Below, piece by piece: positions 38,501 to 50,100 of a stretch of DNA of 64,000 nucleotides. The number at the start of each line of letters is the position of its first letter. Position 1 is the first letter of the stretch. The position numbers were made by a program, and so were the translations under genes. Under the pieces are notes generated by a model that worked only from the letters and a program-made list of their open reading frames with translations, was not told the origin of the DNA and did not search any database. This DNA is from Cenococcum geophilum (taxonomy: Eukaryota), in the NCBI GenBank assembly GCA_050273025.1, contig CP158635.1, forward strand, positions 6,634,001 to 6,698,000, given 5' to 3'.

Positions 38501-41325
38501 CGGTACATCAACACTCCTATGACAGCAATAGAAGCAGTGCGGCGTCTATGTTGGCCAAACAGCTTCGCCTTAAACTTGTCGCCGATGAAGACTCTGGGAT
38601 CCCTAAGCCTTACCGAAACATTATGGTTTCTATCCATGCAATCGCCACATTCAAAGCCCTGGATGACTATCTTAGACCGCGGATTAGCGTTGCCGAGAGA
38701 CCACGAGCGTCCAGGACTCGTGACGGAGTGTCTGGAACTATAGCAGCATATGCTGCAGCACTCTCTGGCGGTGAAGGTCGAAGCTCAGCAGGGCCACCAC
38801 CGGTTCTCCCTCCTACTGAAGCAACCAACCGCAATGCTTCGAAGAAGTCGTCCAAGTCAAAGACGTCGAATTCAGCACCAGTCACACAAGCAGGACCCAG
38901 TTCTTCCCCAGAAAAACCGTCCAGCACCCGACGATCAAGCAGGCGACATCAGACCCAGGTACAACCTCCCCCACCACCTCCGCCGGCGCCAGCCCCTCCC
39001 AGGTCCGACAGCAATCAGGACCCCATTGAGTGTGCTGATGAGGAACGCCTCTCAGACCAAGACGATATGGATGAAACTGGGGCATTGAACGCGATTGTAG
39101 ATGATCTGGAGGATGAGATGGATGATGATTTGCCAGACCCTTCTGCCGTGAGTGTGGAGGTTGCATCAACGGGCAAGGTGACGGCCCGCAAAGAAGACGG
39201 GACCAGAGTTGCAACTCCTCTTCAAGGTCAAATTTCAGCACGCCCATCCCCAGCAGAACGCATGGCTACTCAACGCCTCTCCGCACTCTTGCGAGGATCA
39301 TCTATGCAACAAGCATTTGGGGTTGCAGCCTCGTCGTCGGGCGCGCTATCTTACGCGGCTGCAATCCAATCTATACCCCAAGATTGGCATATCGAGTTTA
39401 GTGTCAACGATCAGCCGATATCAAATGAGACTACTATATATCGTGCAATCCATTTCAACCAGACTCAGCCCACTGATGTCTCCATTCGAACTGTTTGGAA
39501 TGCTATCCATACCATCAAATTCAAGCGCGTCCCTGGCCCTCCTCCTGCCGAACCCAATTCCTTGACCCCCCCACCGGAGTCAACTCCTACAACCTCATCA
39601 GGACTTCCGCACTCTCTTGATAAAAATCCCACCACTTCGGGGATTCTTCGATTGCTCAGCATTCTTCATGGGCTCAATTCCAACCTCGATGATGTTTTGT
39701 CGGAAAACAAGGAGCAGATCAAACTCAATGTTGAACCGCTTTCGCAATTTGTCAATACTAAGCTGACCGCGAAACTCAACCGCCAATTAGAAGAGCCTCT
39801 GATTGTGGCAAGCAATTGTCTTCCAAGCTGGAGTGAGGACTTAGCTCGGCTGTACCCATTCCTTTTTCCTTTCGAGACGAGACACCTTTTCCTTCAGTCG
39901 ACATCTTTTGGCTATTCACGATCTATGACCAGATGGCAAAACGCGCAGTCTACCAGCGATGCTCGGCACGACCGCCATCGTGACGAGAGGCCCTTTTTGG
40001 GTAGGCTGCAACGCCAGAAAGTTCGTATTTCTAGAATGAGAATCTTGGAATCAGCGATCAAGGTTATGGAACTATATGGCTCCTCCCCCAGTGTGCTTGA
40101 GGTTGAGTACTTCGAAGAAGTTGGCACTGGTCTAGGTCCTACCCTAGAATTCTACTCCACCGTTTCAAAAGAGTTTTCAAAGAAGAAACTCAAGTTGTGG
40201 AGAGAGAACGAGTCTAACGATAATGATGAGTACGCTTTTGGAAAGCGTGGTTTGTTCCCTGCTCCAATGAGTGAAGAACAATCCAACAGCGAGAATGGCA
40301 AGAGAGTGCTTCATCTTTTCAAGATGCTAGGCAAATTTGTTGCACGATCGATGCTTGACTCAAGAATCATTGATGTTTCATTCAATCCGACGTTCTTCCG
40401 TATTGGAGATGGCACGGCTGCTGTCACCCCATCACTTGGTGCAGTTAAATCTGTCGATAGTGACCTCGCCAAGGCGTTGAAACTTTTGAAACTATTCGCC
40501 AATGCAAGAAAGAAGATCGACGAAAACGGCAACCTCAATCCAGCTCAGAAAGTTCAAGCAATCCAGGATATCGAAATTGACGGAGCTCATGTCGAAGATC
40601 TCGGCCTTGACTTTACGCTTCCTGGCTATCCTACAATTGAATTAATTGAACGGGGGGCTGACACTTCTGTCACTATCGACAATGTCTCTCTTTACGTAGA
40701 TAAGGTCCTTGATTATACTCTCGGGTCCGGAGTGCAACGGCAGGTAGACGCTTTCCGAGCTGGCTTCTCCCAAGTGTTCCCATACTCTGCCTTGAAAGCC
40801 TTTACCCCCGATGAGCTTGTAATGTTGTTTGGTAGAGTTGAAGAGGACTGGTCACTGGAAAGTAAGTCTTAGATCCTTCAAAACGGGTTGTAGTGAAGTA
40901 TACTAACTAGTACTAGCATTAATGGATTCGATTAAGGCCGACCATGGTTACAATCTAGATAGCAAGAACGTCCGAAACCTGCTCCAGACTATGAGCGAGC
41001 TATCACTTCCTCAGAGGCGGGACTTCCTTCAATTTGTTACAGGTAGCCCGAAGCTTCCAATCGGAGGTATAATATATTCTGCCTTGATTTCTATCGATAT
41101 AAGGGAGCTCCGCTAACACTGCTTATAGGTTTCAAGAGTCTTACTCCCATGTTCACTGTGGTCTGCAAGCCGAGCGAGCCTCCTTATACTTCGGACGACT
41201 ACCTTCCAAGCGTCATGACGTGCGTCAATTATCTCAAAATGCCCGATTACAGTAGCATGGAGGTACTGCGCGAGAAATTGAATGTTGCAATTCAGGAAGG
41301 CCAGGGGGCTTTCCACCTTTCCTAA
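35507..41325 (+). CDS. UFD4: HECT E3 ubiquitin ligase, Ufd4/TRIP12 family
   Basis: ARM-like N-terminal region (LLACRCIANLMEALP, DLAEQALS) and a HECT domain (LEVEYFEEVGTGLGPTLEFY, FLQFVTGSPKLPIGG, LPSVMTCVNYLKMP, GAFHLS*); several short introns. Confidence 0.95.
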
Positions 41326-42506
41326 GAAACTATCTGATGAACTTAACGGCCACTTCAAAGTGAGGAAGGGAACACGACTATTACAGGAGGCGCATACAGA
41401 GCATTCACGGTGGCAGGTTTTTCTAGTGGTTGACTGGTTTTCACTTTTCGGAATCTGCATCTTTTGTTCAATATGGGGGCATAACTTTTTCTTTCTGCAT
41501 GAAGCTTTACCATTGCCCCTGGATTTCTATTATGTTTACTATTTACACGCTTCTGCTTCGAGAATGATGGATGCATACTAGGGTACGAAGGGGAATGGTC
41601 CGGCGTCACCAGTTCTGCGTTTCCCTAGCATAATGATCGATTAGGGAAGGTGGTTTAGATAGAGCCTTCAAATCATATTTGTAGACTGCGCTTTGCATGA
41701 AGATTACTTCGTGTTCATACCAACAACAAATATTGAGGAGAGTAAATTCTAGAGCCTGATCGTATATAAGCTAGCGTAAGGAATTTACCAGGCCAACTAC
41801 GCAAGGTTTACCATGATAATACATTTAGACCATCTGCGAATGTTGGCAAGTACACGACGCTTTGCATCTCATTGTCAGTGCTGGTTGATCGCGTTGATCA
41901 AACGGTATATAAAGATAAACAACTAATATTATTAATAGTGTAAAGTGAAAAGCCCTACGATACCGATTACCGAGTAAACCTAAAAAGGTAAGCGTAAGGT
42001 AAGGATGTGGCTAGGGAATCCAATTAATAGAACAATAGGTATATTATATATATAGATAAATCCATAAGGAAAAGGAGGTGTCTAAGTGCGAGGTAAGAAA
42101 GGTTTTTCCCTAGGTACGTGCAGCGCACGTACCTTACAGGTGAGTTACCCCTAGGCCGCCCCTGGGCCCCCCGTACCTTACAGCTATATAACTATCTACT
42201 TAGGTTTTACCTAACAGTAAGCGGATATCTAGCTTACTTGCCAGATACGCTGCGTAGAACAATATATATATGCATAGCAACGGTCGGGACCCCGACGCAT
42301 GAGCCCGTCACCTAATAAATAGATACTTAATATTACTTTAAATTAATTATAAGGGTTGTATTAAGTAAAAAAAAATATCTCTTTAAATATAATTTTAATG
42401 TCTTATAAATAGAAACCTCCATACTTATTTAAGCTTAGTAAGATTAGCCTATTTAGTTCTAATCTAGCCTTTATTTAAATTTGGCTTATTAATAATTAAA
42501 GGCTTA

Positions 42507-43223
42507 GGGCATGTTCGGTTGCAGCTCCATATTCAATATGGAGGCTCTATATTGTAACGGAAATGGAGCTCAAATATAAATATGAGGGTGTTGTTCGGTA
42601 AATCTAACGACTTTTAAATATGGAGCCCCTCCATATCGGTAAGCGCGTCAAATTTGCAAGCTATACTATATACAGTAGTTATAATAAGGTTCTTAGCACC
42701 GTTTTAATATAGAGCTTTAAGCTCCAGTTCTATATTCTATATTAATCTGGAGCCCTTATATACGCGCTAAAGTAACAACTTTTAATTGTAATACTGCTGT
42801 CGCATTTACATGCCTTATATAATATTATTATTCTAACCTTCGTGGTTATAATAAGCTTATTTTTAAGGCGTCGCGGGTATTATTATAGCTCTACTATAGC
42901 TCCTATGGGAGGCGGGTAAAGATATAGGAAACGTTAATTGTAGAGAGGGCGTTAGCCGAGGAGGAGGCTCTATTGCTACACTAAAGTAGGGAGTCGCGAT
43001 AGAGGCCTGGTGGTAGAGAGGGGCTTATTTAAATTTCTTACCAACGTTAATTACGAAGTTAAATATAGAGCCTTATTCTAGAGCTGCAACCGAATAATTA
43101 ACTTAATTATAGATTTAAATGAGCTACGGTAGTAGCCGCCACTAATTACAAAATGGGCGACACTAAAAGGCGCACGGATTGAACAGATTATAATATGGAG
43201 GCGATTTGCAACCGAACGTGCCC
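42507..43223. mobile_element. PIF/Harbinger-type non-autonomous element, 717 bp
   Basis: TIRs gggcatgttcggttgca / tgcaaccgaacgtgccc; 3-bp TSD TTA; TIR related to that of 30781-31176. Confidence 0.88.
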
Positions 43224-43417
43224 TTATTCTATTAAGCCTTTTATATTACTATTTCCTAAAATTTTAAATATACTTCTTTAAGTTCTTATAGTATCTTTAC
43301 TAGCCTTATTTCTTTCTATTTTAACTCTTAAATACGTTTTAAGGTTCTAGCCTCTTTTCACTTTCGGTAAGCTTGGATTAATAAGCTAATATAGCCTTAT
43401 ATACTTAGTATTATATA

Positions 43418-45867
43418 CACCACCTCGTCAATTCCGGTTGTTAGCGCCTTACTAGTGACGCCTCTCGGGCGGAAATCCTCATATAAATTAGTATAAGTTT
43501 CCCCGTCTTGGCAGTGAGCTTCAAAAGACCTTAATATTAAAAATTTATGAAGCTTTTTAAAACTAATGATTGTATAGTAGATTGCCTATATATAAATATT
43601 TCTAAAGTCACAGTAGCCAAATAAGTGTTAAAATCAACGCTTAGCAATTAAACGAGTGTCCAAATATCTCCTTTAGGCTCCCTGATCGTCCTCTAAGCCC
43701 CTAATTGTCCTCTAAGATCCTAATCGTCCTCTAAGCTTTCTACTGTCCTCTACCACTTGGTAGGTCCCCCTTCTACTTTAATTACTGCCTAAAGGCATGC
43801 AGGTATAGAAGTAACTAGATCCTCAAAGTAGCAAGCCTCCAGATTCTCCTATTTAGATTTAATAGCTGCTTATATTACTTCTTTTGTTAATAGGCAAGGC
43901 TTCCGCTTAGCTATTTAAGTCTTCATTATATTCTAAACAGCCTTAATTAGGTTAAGATCTAGGCTATTTACTAGCCACTAAAGTAACTTAATATCGTCTT
44001 CTTAAAACTTAGTAATGGTAATATAAGCTCTATAATAGGGAGCTCCGTCTATTTATATAATTATTAGAGTACTTCTAAATTCGTAATTAGGGAAATATAT
44101 ACTATACTTAGCGTTATAAAAGTTGTAGAATTTTTTAAGCTTTGGATATATGTAATCTAGAAAGCCCTATACCGTAATATTACCCTATTCTTCCTTATTC
44201 TAAAATAATAGAGGCCCTTTTTCTACACCGTAGAATGCAGCCTATATTATTATATAAGGTATATTAGCGAACTTAGGACGGAGGCAATTAGGATAATATC
44301 GTTTATTAGGTCTTCTAATAACATAAAGCCACTAGTGCCCACTACGATATATAGCTGCCTTATCTGTCTATATAACTCTCCACTAATCCTCTTTTTAGAA
44401 GTAATAGTAAGCCAATATAAATGCTAACCGGGCGCGATAGTAAGCTATAGTAAGCTAGGGCTTTGTATAAGTAATATAGCGTTAAAAGCCCTCCTTCTTA
44501 AGATATTAGGCGACTATAGAGTTAGAATAAGGGACTCCTGCGTAGAAGGAAAGCTCTAAATAGGTAAGGCAACGCGCCTAAGCATTTGACTCTAGGAAAT
44601 TAACTAGTTAACGCTAGGTTAGCGAGCCGTATATAAGAGCATTGCAATAGCTACTATATATTAGGGTCTGTGCTTTATTAATAATATAGTAAACAGTAGA
44701 ATATAGTTGCTTAACCAATATAGTAATATAAGAGATAGGTTCTTAAAGGTAGCGATAGAGGCCTTTAATTGTGCATCTTAGGGAGTAAGGAATAAGCGCT
44801 TAAGCGTTACTTTCCTAAAGCCGTTGACGACGTTAAATACGTTCTGCAGTTCGCTCCTCCCGCTCCTGTTCCTCGCGTCGCTCCCATCTATTAAGATGAG
44901 CAATTGCTCGGCGAATGCAACGGTTTGGGGTAGTAGGCGTTAGAGTAAAACTAGATACAGCAGAGCGAGTAGAGGGAGTATTCGGCACAGTTATATTACT
45001 AGGTAAAAAAGGAGTAAATAAGCTAAAGAAGCTTCCAAAGCTAGAAAGGCGCAGTGGAGCTCTAGGAGGATTAGGTAAAGTAGGTTCTAAAGTTCCTTCC
45101 GTACAAGAAGGATCGTACCTAGGAGATGGCATAGTGGATATCTTTAAGGATAGAATCTAAAAGATTTTAGTTAGGACTTATTATAGGAATATATAAATTT
45201 AGTATAAAAAGTGGTAAGGATGGTATTAACTTATAATAGGCGCAGATAAATATCTTTATACTTAAATCTGTAGAGCTATCTAAAGTCCCTTATAATCGCG
45301 CTAAGACTTAATATTCACCTAAACTCAGAAACCTCATCTGTGACCACCGCTATTAATATCCGTCTTAACAGCGTGATCAATACATCTGAGGGCCTATTTC
45401 CAACTTCTGCGAAGTCACCTAGGACAAAAGCAAGCCATTTTTGAACTGATCACCGCCAGAAAGGTCATTCGGACGCAAGAGCTGGCAATCGTCGTAACAG
45501 AGGCTTGAGGAAGGTCGTGACAGAGGCTTGAGGAAGGTCGTGATAGAGGCTTGAGGAAGGTCGTGATAGAGGCTAAGTTGAGGATTGTCACAAACAACGC
45601 GTCGGCGGCTTAGAAGAGGGGTAGGAAACTAGAAGACGTGTTGTTAATTAGTAGACTTCCTGAGTCAGGTTCCTCACCGCGTGGAGTTCGCCAATACACC
45701 TGATCACGATGCGGCTGGCAGAGGCGTCGAAAAGCTTCAAATTGACTGTCAGGTGAGGTTGTTCGGCAGTCTCCTTCTGATATTCAGCTGCCAAGCCGGA
45801 GAGACTGAATTTGTATTAGTTGGTGGCTTAATTAAAAGCGCTAACAACCGGAATTGACGAGGTGGTG
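43418..45867 (-). mobile_element. Tc1/mariner DNA transposon (RIP-inactivated transposase ~43780-45132)
   Basis: Perfect 30-bp TIR caccacctcgtcaattccggttgttagcgc and TA TSD. The minus-strand de-RIPed motif W(P)ANSPDLNPIEAVW is typical of Tc1-family DDE transposases. Confidence 0.92.
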
Positions 45868-45989
45868 TATATTTAAATACTTTTAATAGTATTTAATAGC
45901 CGGTTCTATAATAATAAAATACGCGTAGGGTTCCTGTTTATATATTAGTTACTATATATAAAGGTGCTCCCTTTCCTAAATATAAAGCT

Positions 45990-46800
45990 TTGTGTAGGGC
46001 GTCGTGCAGGGCTTTAAGCGGAGCGTCGTGTAGAGCCTTACGTAGAGCTTCGACTAGAGCTTCGTGTAGAGCTTCGAGCAGAGCTCCGTGCAGAGCTTTG
46101 TGTATATAGCGTAGAGCTTTAATAGAGCTCCGTGCAGAGGTATAATAGAGGTTTAAGTAGAGATTCGAGCAGAGCGTCTTACTGAGCCTTAGGCAGAGCT
46201 CTATATAGAGCTCCGTGCAGAGGTTTAATAGATGTTGGTAGGGGGGGTACGTGGAGATCCACAGGAGCTTCCTGAGATCACGTGATTGCTTTCGCCTGTT
46301 GTATATATTCTCATCCTTCGTGACTGCTCCACCTTATGGAGTCCTCACACCACCATACACCTGCATTCCCGTGTGACAATAGAGATTTAAGTAGAGCTTT
46401 AAGCGGAGCGTCGTATAGAGCTTCAAGCAGAACATCATGCAGAGCTTCGAGTAGAGCTTTAATAGAGCTTCGAGCAGAGCTTCGAGCAGAGCTTCGAGCG
46501 GAGCTTCGATAGAGCTCAGGTAGAGCTTCAGGTAGAGCTTCAGGTAGAGCTTTGAGTAGGGCTTCTCTGGTTATATTTGGACTTTTTTTAAAGGCCTTGT
46601 AAACGGCTTTGTATAGAGCCTTCGAGTAGAGCTTTAAGGGGGAGACTCTTTGGTAGAGCTTTGGACCTTTGCAGAGCTTCGTGTAGGGCTTCGTGCAGAG
46701 CTTTTAACAGCTTTGGTAAAGCACTCCGTGCACGTTGCCCCTTTCGCAGAGCTCTCGTAAAGCTCCGCAAAGCTCCACGCCTCCAGGCAGATGCAGAAGC
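45990..46800. repeat. Degenerate ~12-bp minisatellite (agagcttcgagc / agagctccgtgc)
   Basis: Many imperfect AGAGCTT/AGAGCTC units at mostly 12-bp spacing. Confidence 0.85.
46233..46378. mobile_element. Short solo LTR (146 bp)
   Basis: TGT...ACA termini, 5-bp TSD ATAGA (46228-46232, 46379-46383), interrupting the minisatellite. Confidence 0.8.
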
Positions 46801-47165
46801 TTGCAACTATATCAGAGCCTGCAGAACAACTCGCGGAGGTATGCAATATAGATGCATCGCATGTGAAGAGGGTTATCTGTAGAACTACAGAGCGGATTTG
46901 TGATATTTGTGATAAAAAATTATTACCATATAAGCAGGGCGTAAATTTCTTAGGTTCGTCACGTGGTCGGTTAAGGAAAATCTAAGTTTTATTATGACAA
47001 AAAGAAAAAAAGGTTTAAATTTAGGCAATGGCCAGGGCTTAGGGGGGCTGTTTTCGCCGTCTTATTAAAGGAACGTTATATTAAGTTTTCTAAACAAAGT
47101 CTATATCAATTCTAGCACGGTTGGAAGGTATAGTGGTAGTGTAATTGATAATTGAATTCTATATA

Positions 47166-50100
47166 CGGAGGTCCCTAACAAAAGTGCTTGCACCTTCCCA
47201 ATTAGGAAGTTTTAGGAATAATAATACTTATTACTGCATTTTCTATTTTTATATACTATCTTACTAAGTATAAATTAAAAACCCAGAAGGTATTTGAATA
47301 TAATTTAATATAGGAGGAGCTCTTGCTGCACCCGGCCCAAAAAGACCAAAACCAACCAAAAAGAACCCTGAAAAACACCCAGAGAATCCCCCTGAGATGC
47401 ATGCATCGCAGGGGAGGCACACGTTGACCGACGGTGGCTCGCACTCGCGCGCAACCGCCAGATCCACGCCCAACAACGGCCCTCTACAATAAAGATGGGC
47501 GAATACTACACCATAAAGCGGAAACACCTCTATTAAGAAGGCATCTAATAAAATATAAAGCCTACTAGACGCGTTTAGTATTTAGAATTATAGGGGAGTA
47601 ACTATTAGCTATAATAAATTAATATAGCTAGTAGAATGGCTCTGCTAGTCTAGTAAACCTTAGGCGCCCTTCTAGTAACCCCTTAATTAAATCCTCTAAC
47701 GGCTAAGTAAAATTAAAAATAAATAAAAAACCCCCTTACTGGCGAACCGCACTTAGGCCGCTATAGCTGCGCTTCTACAGTATAGGGAATCCACCCCCCT
47801 TAAGATAATAACTGGGTATATAATTATAATATAACTAAATATAAAAAAAGTAGAGGGGCTTAGGGGATAATTAGAAATAGAAGTCCTTATAGAGATTTAT
47901 AAAGAGGTTTATAATATAGTTATAGTCTAACACCTTAGGAGTAGAGATATTAAAGTTACCCTAAAGGACTAATAGGTAAAGGAATAAGCCGTAAGGGTAG
48001 GAGACAGGCTAGGAGAATATATTGGTATAAAAGTGCTCTATAAAGACTACCTAGTTAAAGTTCTAGTGGTTCCTATAAGCCTTAGGGTAAAAAAGGAACG
48101 CTAGGCGAATAATATAGCAACTATATAGGAGATAGTAAAATATATAGAACGCCTTATACTAGGCCTTAAGATTACCTAAATTTAATAGCTTTAATAGGAA
48201 AATGTAAACTAAGTAAATAATAAGAACAATAAGAGGATATAAGGGTCACTAGAGACTTACTAGGGAGACGCTAGTTAAACGCATAGCTCCCTTATTATTA
48301 GTATATATATACTAGGAATACAAAAACTCCTTATTTAAAAAGGAATAATTATAAATGGCCTTATATATAACGTAAGGCTTTATAACTACAGACTATACCT
48401 AAAATAATACTACTATTATGTATAATAGGGATATACCTAATCCATATACGCAGTATAGGTGTGCTGCGGCTACTATATAGGCCCCTACGATATAAGATAC
48501 TACTTAAATTAAGACTAAATAAAATGCGTAAACTGCTACTAAAGCATATATAAGGTATAGGAGAGAGAAGACTATATTAAATACAGGAGATAGAAGGTAA
48601 GGGCTTAATAGCTGCGGGGTTAACTATACGCTAGGTTATATAAATAGAAACAACAGGCGATAAGCTAGGGGGACGTAGGTACCTTCCTAGCGTTTCCTAC
48701 CTTTAGTACTAGGGGGCTAGGCTAGCCATCCTAAGCCTTAACAGGCTAGAAGCGGTGCCGTGTGATATTACTAGACTATATAGGGATATAAGGGTTATAG
48801 GGGACACAAGGGAGAGAATGCCCTATAGGAAGACCCCTATAGACAGTTATAGTAAGCTTAAAACTAGGATAATTAAGAATTAGATTTAATGCGGTAAATA
48901 TAATATTTATAGCCGACCTATAAAGGGTATATAGCTAGCTAGTAAGAATAGGGGAGGAACCGGAGATAATAATAGATTTAGATATAAAAGCGCTAGTAGG
49001 AACATAAAATATAGAAATAGAAAGCTCTATATAAAATAAGTAGTAACTAGGGTATAGATATAAGAGATAGAAGTTCTAAATATCCTAAAGAAAGTAGAAA
49101 TAGAAGAAGCGAGGAATAAAGGAGAGGTAAAGGACCCTCGCTGGGGGTCCGCTACCTATCTATTATATAGTATAACTGCGGTAATATAAACCACCGTCTT
49201 GTAAGGCCTCTACTAGATAGTCTAGACCTAGAGAAATACTATATCTTTGCTATATAAGAGCTGTACTATAATACCTATACATAATTAATATACTGCCCCT
49301 AAGGATTCTAGCTTCTATACGAACTAAAAGCAGCTATATACGTGTGCTTTATAATTAGTAAGGCTATTAGCCTATCCTTATGGTTATAGTAGGCAGTTAA
49401 CCTAGATATTATAGTTATAATAATCTAGATATATAGGGGACCGGTATAAATTATTAATGTGTATAACCCTAAGGTTAAAGGGGTCCTATAAATAGAGAAT
49501 ATTATATTAGTAATAAGCTTGCTAGAAACCAAAGGCATAGAATCTATCCTACTAGGAGATATAAACCTCTACTACCCGCGGTAGGGGGGTATCTATATTG
49601 CTGCTAATTAATAGGCAGAGTGCCTACTAAGAGCTATAGATACCTAGGGCCTTAAGTTGGCTACCCCCCTAGGAGCAACTATATAGTAATAAGGAACCTC
49701 TAGAAGCATAATTAACCTTATATTTATAGACGAAGGCCTATACTAGAGACTTAAAAGGTACAACCCTAAAGAAGAATAGGCACTTGCTTTAGACTATATC
49801 CCCATCTAGATATAGCTAGATTTAGATATTAAGGCGTAACTAAGTAGTAAAAGATACGCAATAAGGAAGCTTAAGATAGATAGTTTCCTTAATATAGTTA
49901 AATAATAACTCTAAGACCTAGAAGAAATCCACCTAATTCTAAATAAGTAAGGCTTATTAGCCACCCCTAAGGAAATTAACTAAAGACTAGAAAGGATCTA
50001 GGTAGCGATTAAAAACGGGCTAGAAGAGTACTGCCCGGTTTTAAAACTGGGCCCCTATGCGCGACACGTATGGTCTATATAATGCGCGGTTCTTATTACT

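Noticed and set aside
42006..42312. Possible solo LTR (tgtggc...gtcacc)
   Set aside because: Termini are imperfect and no TSD was found.
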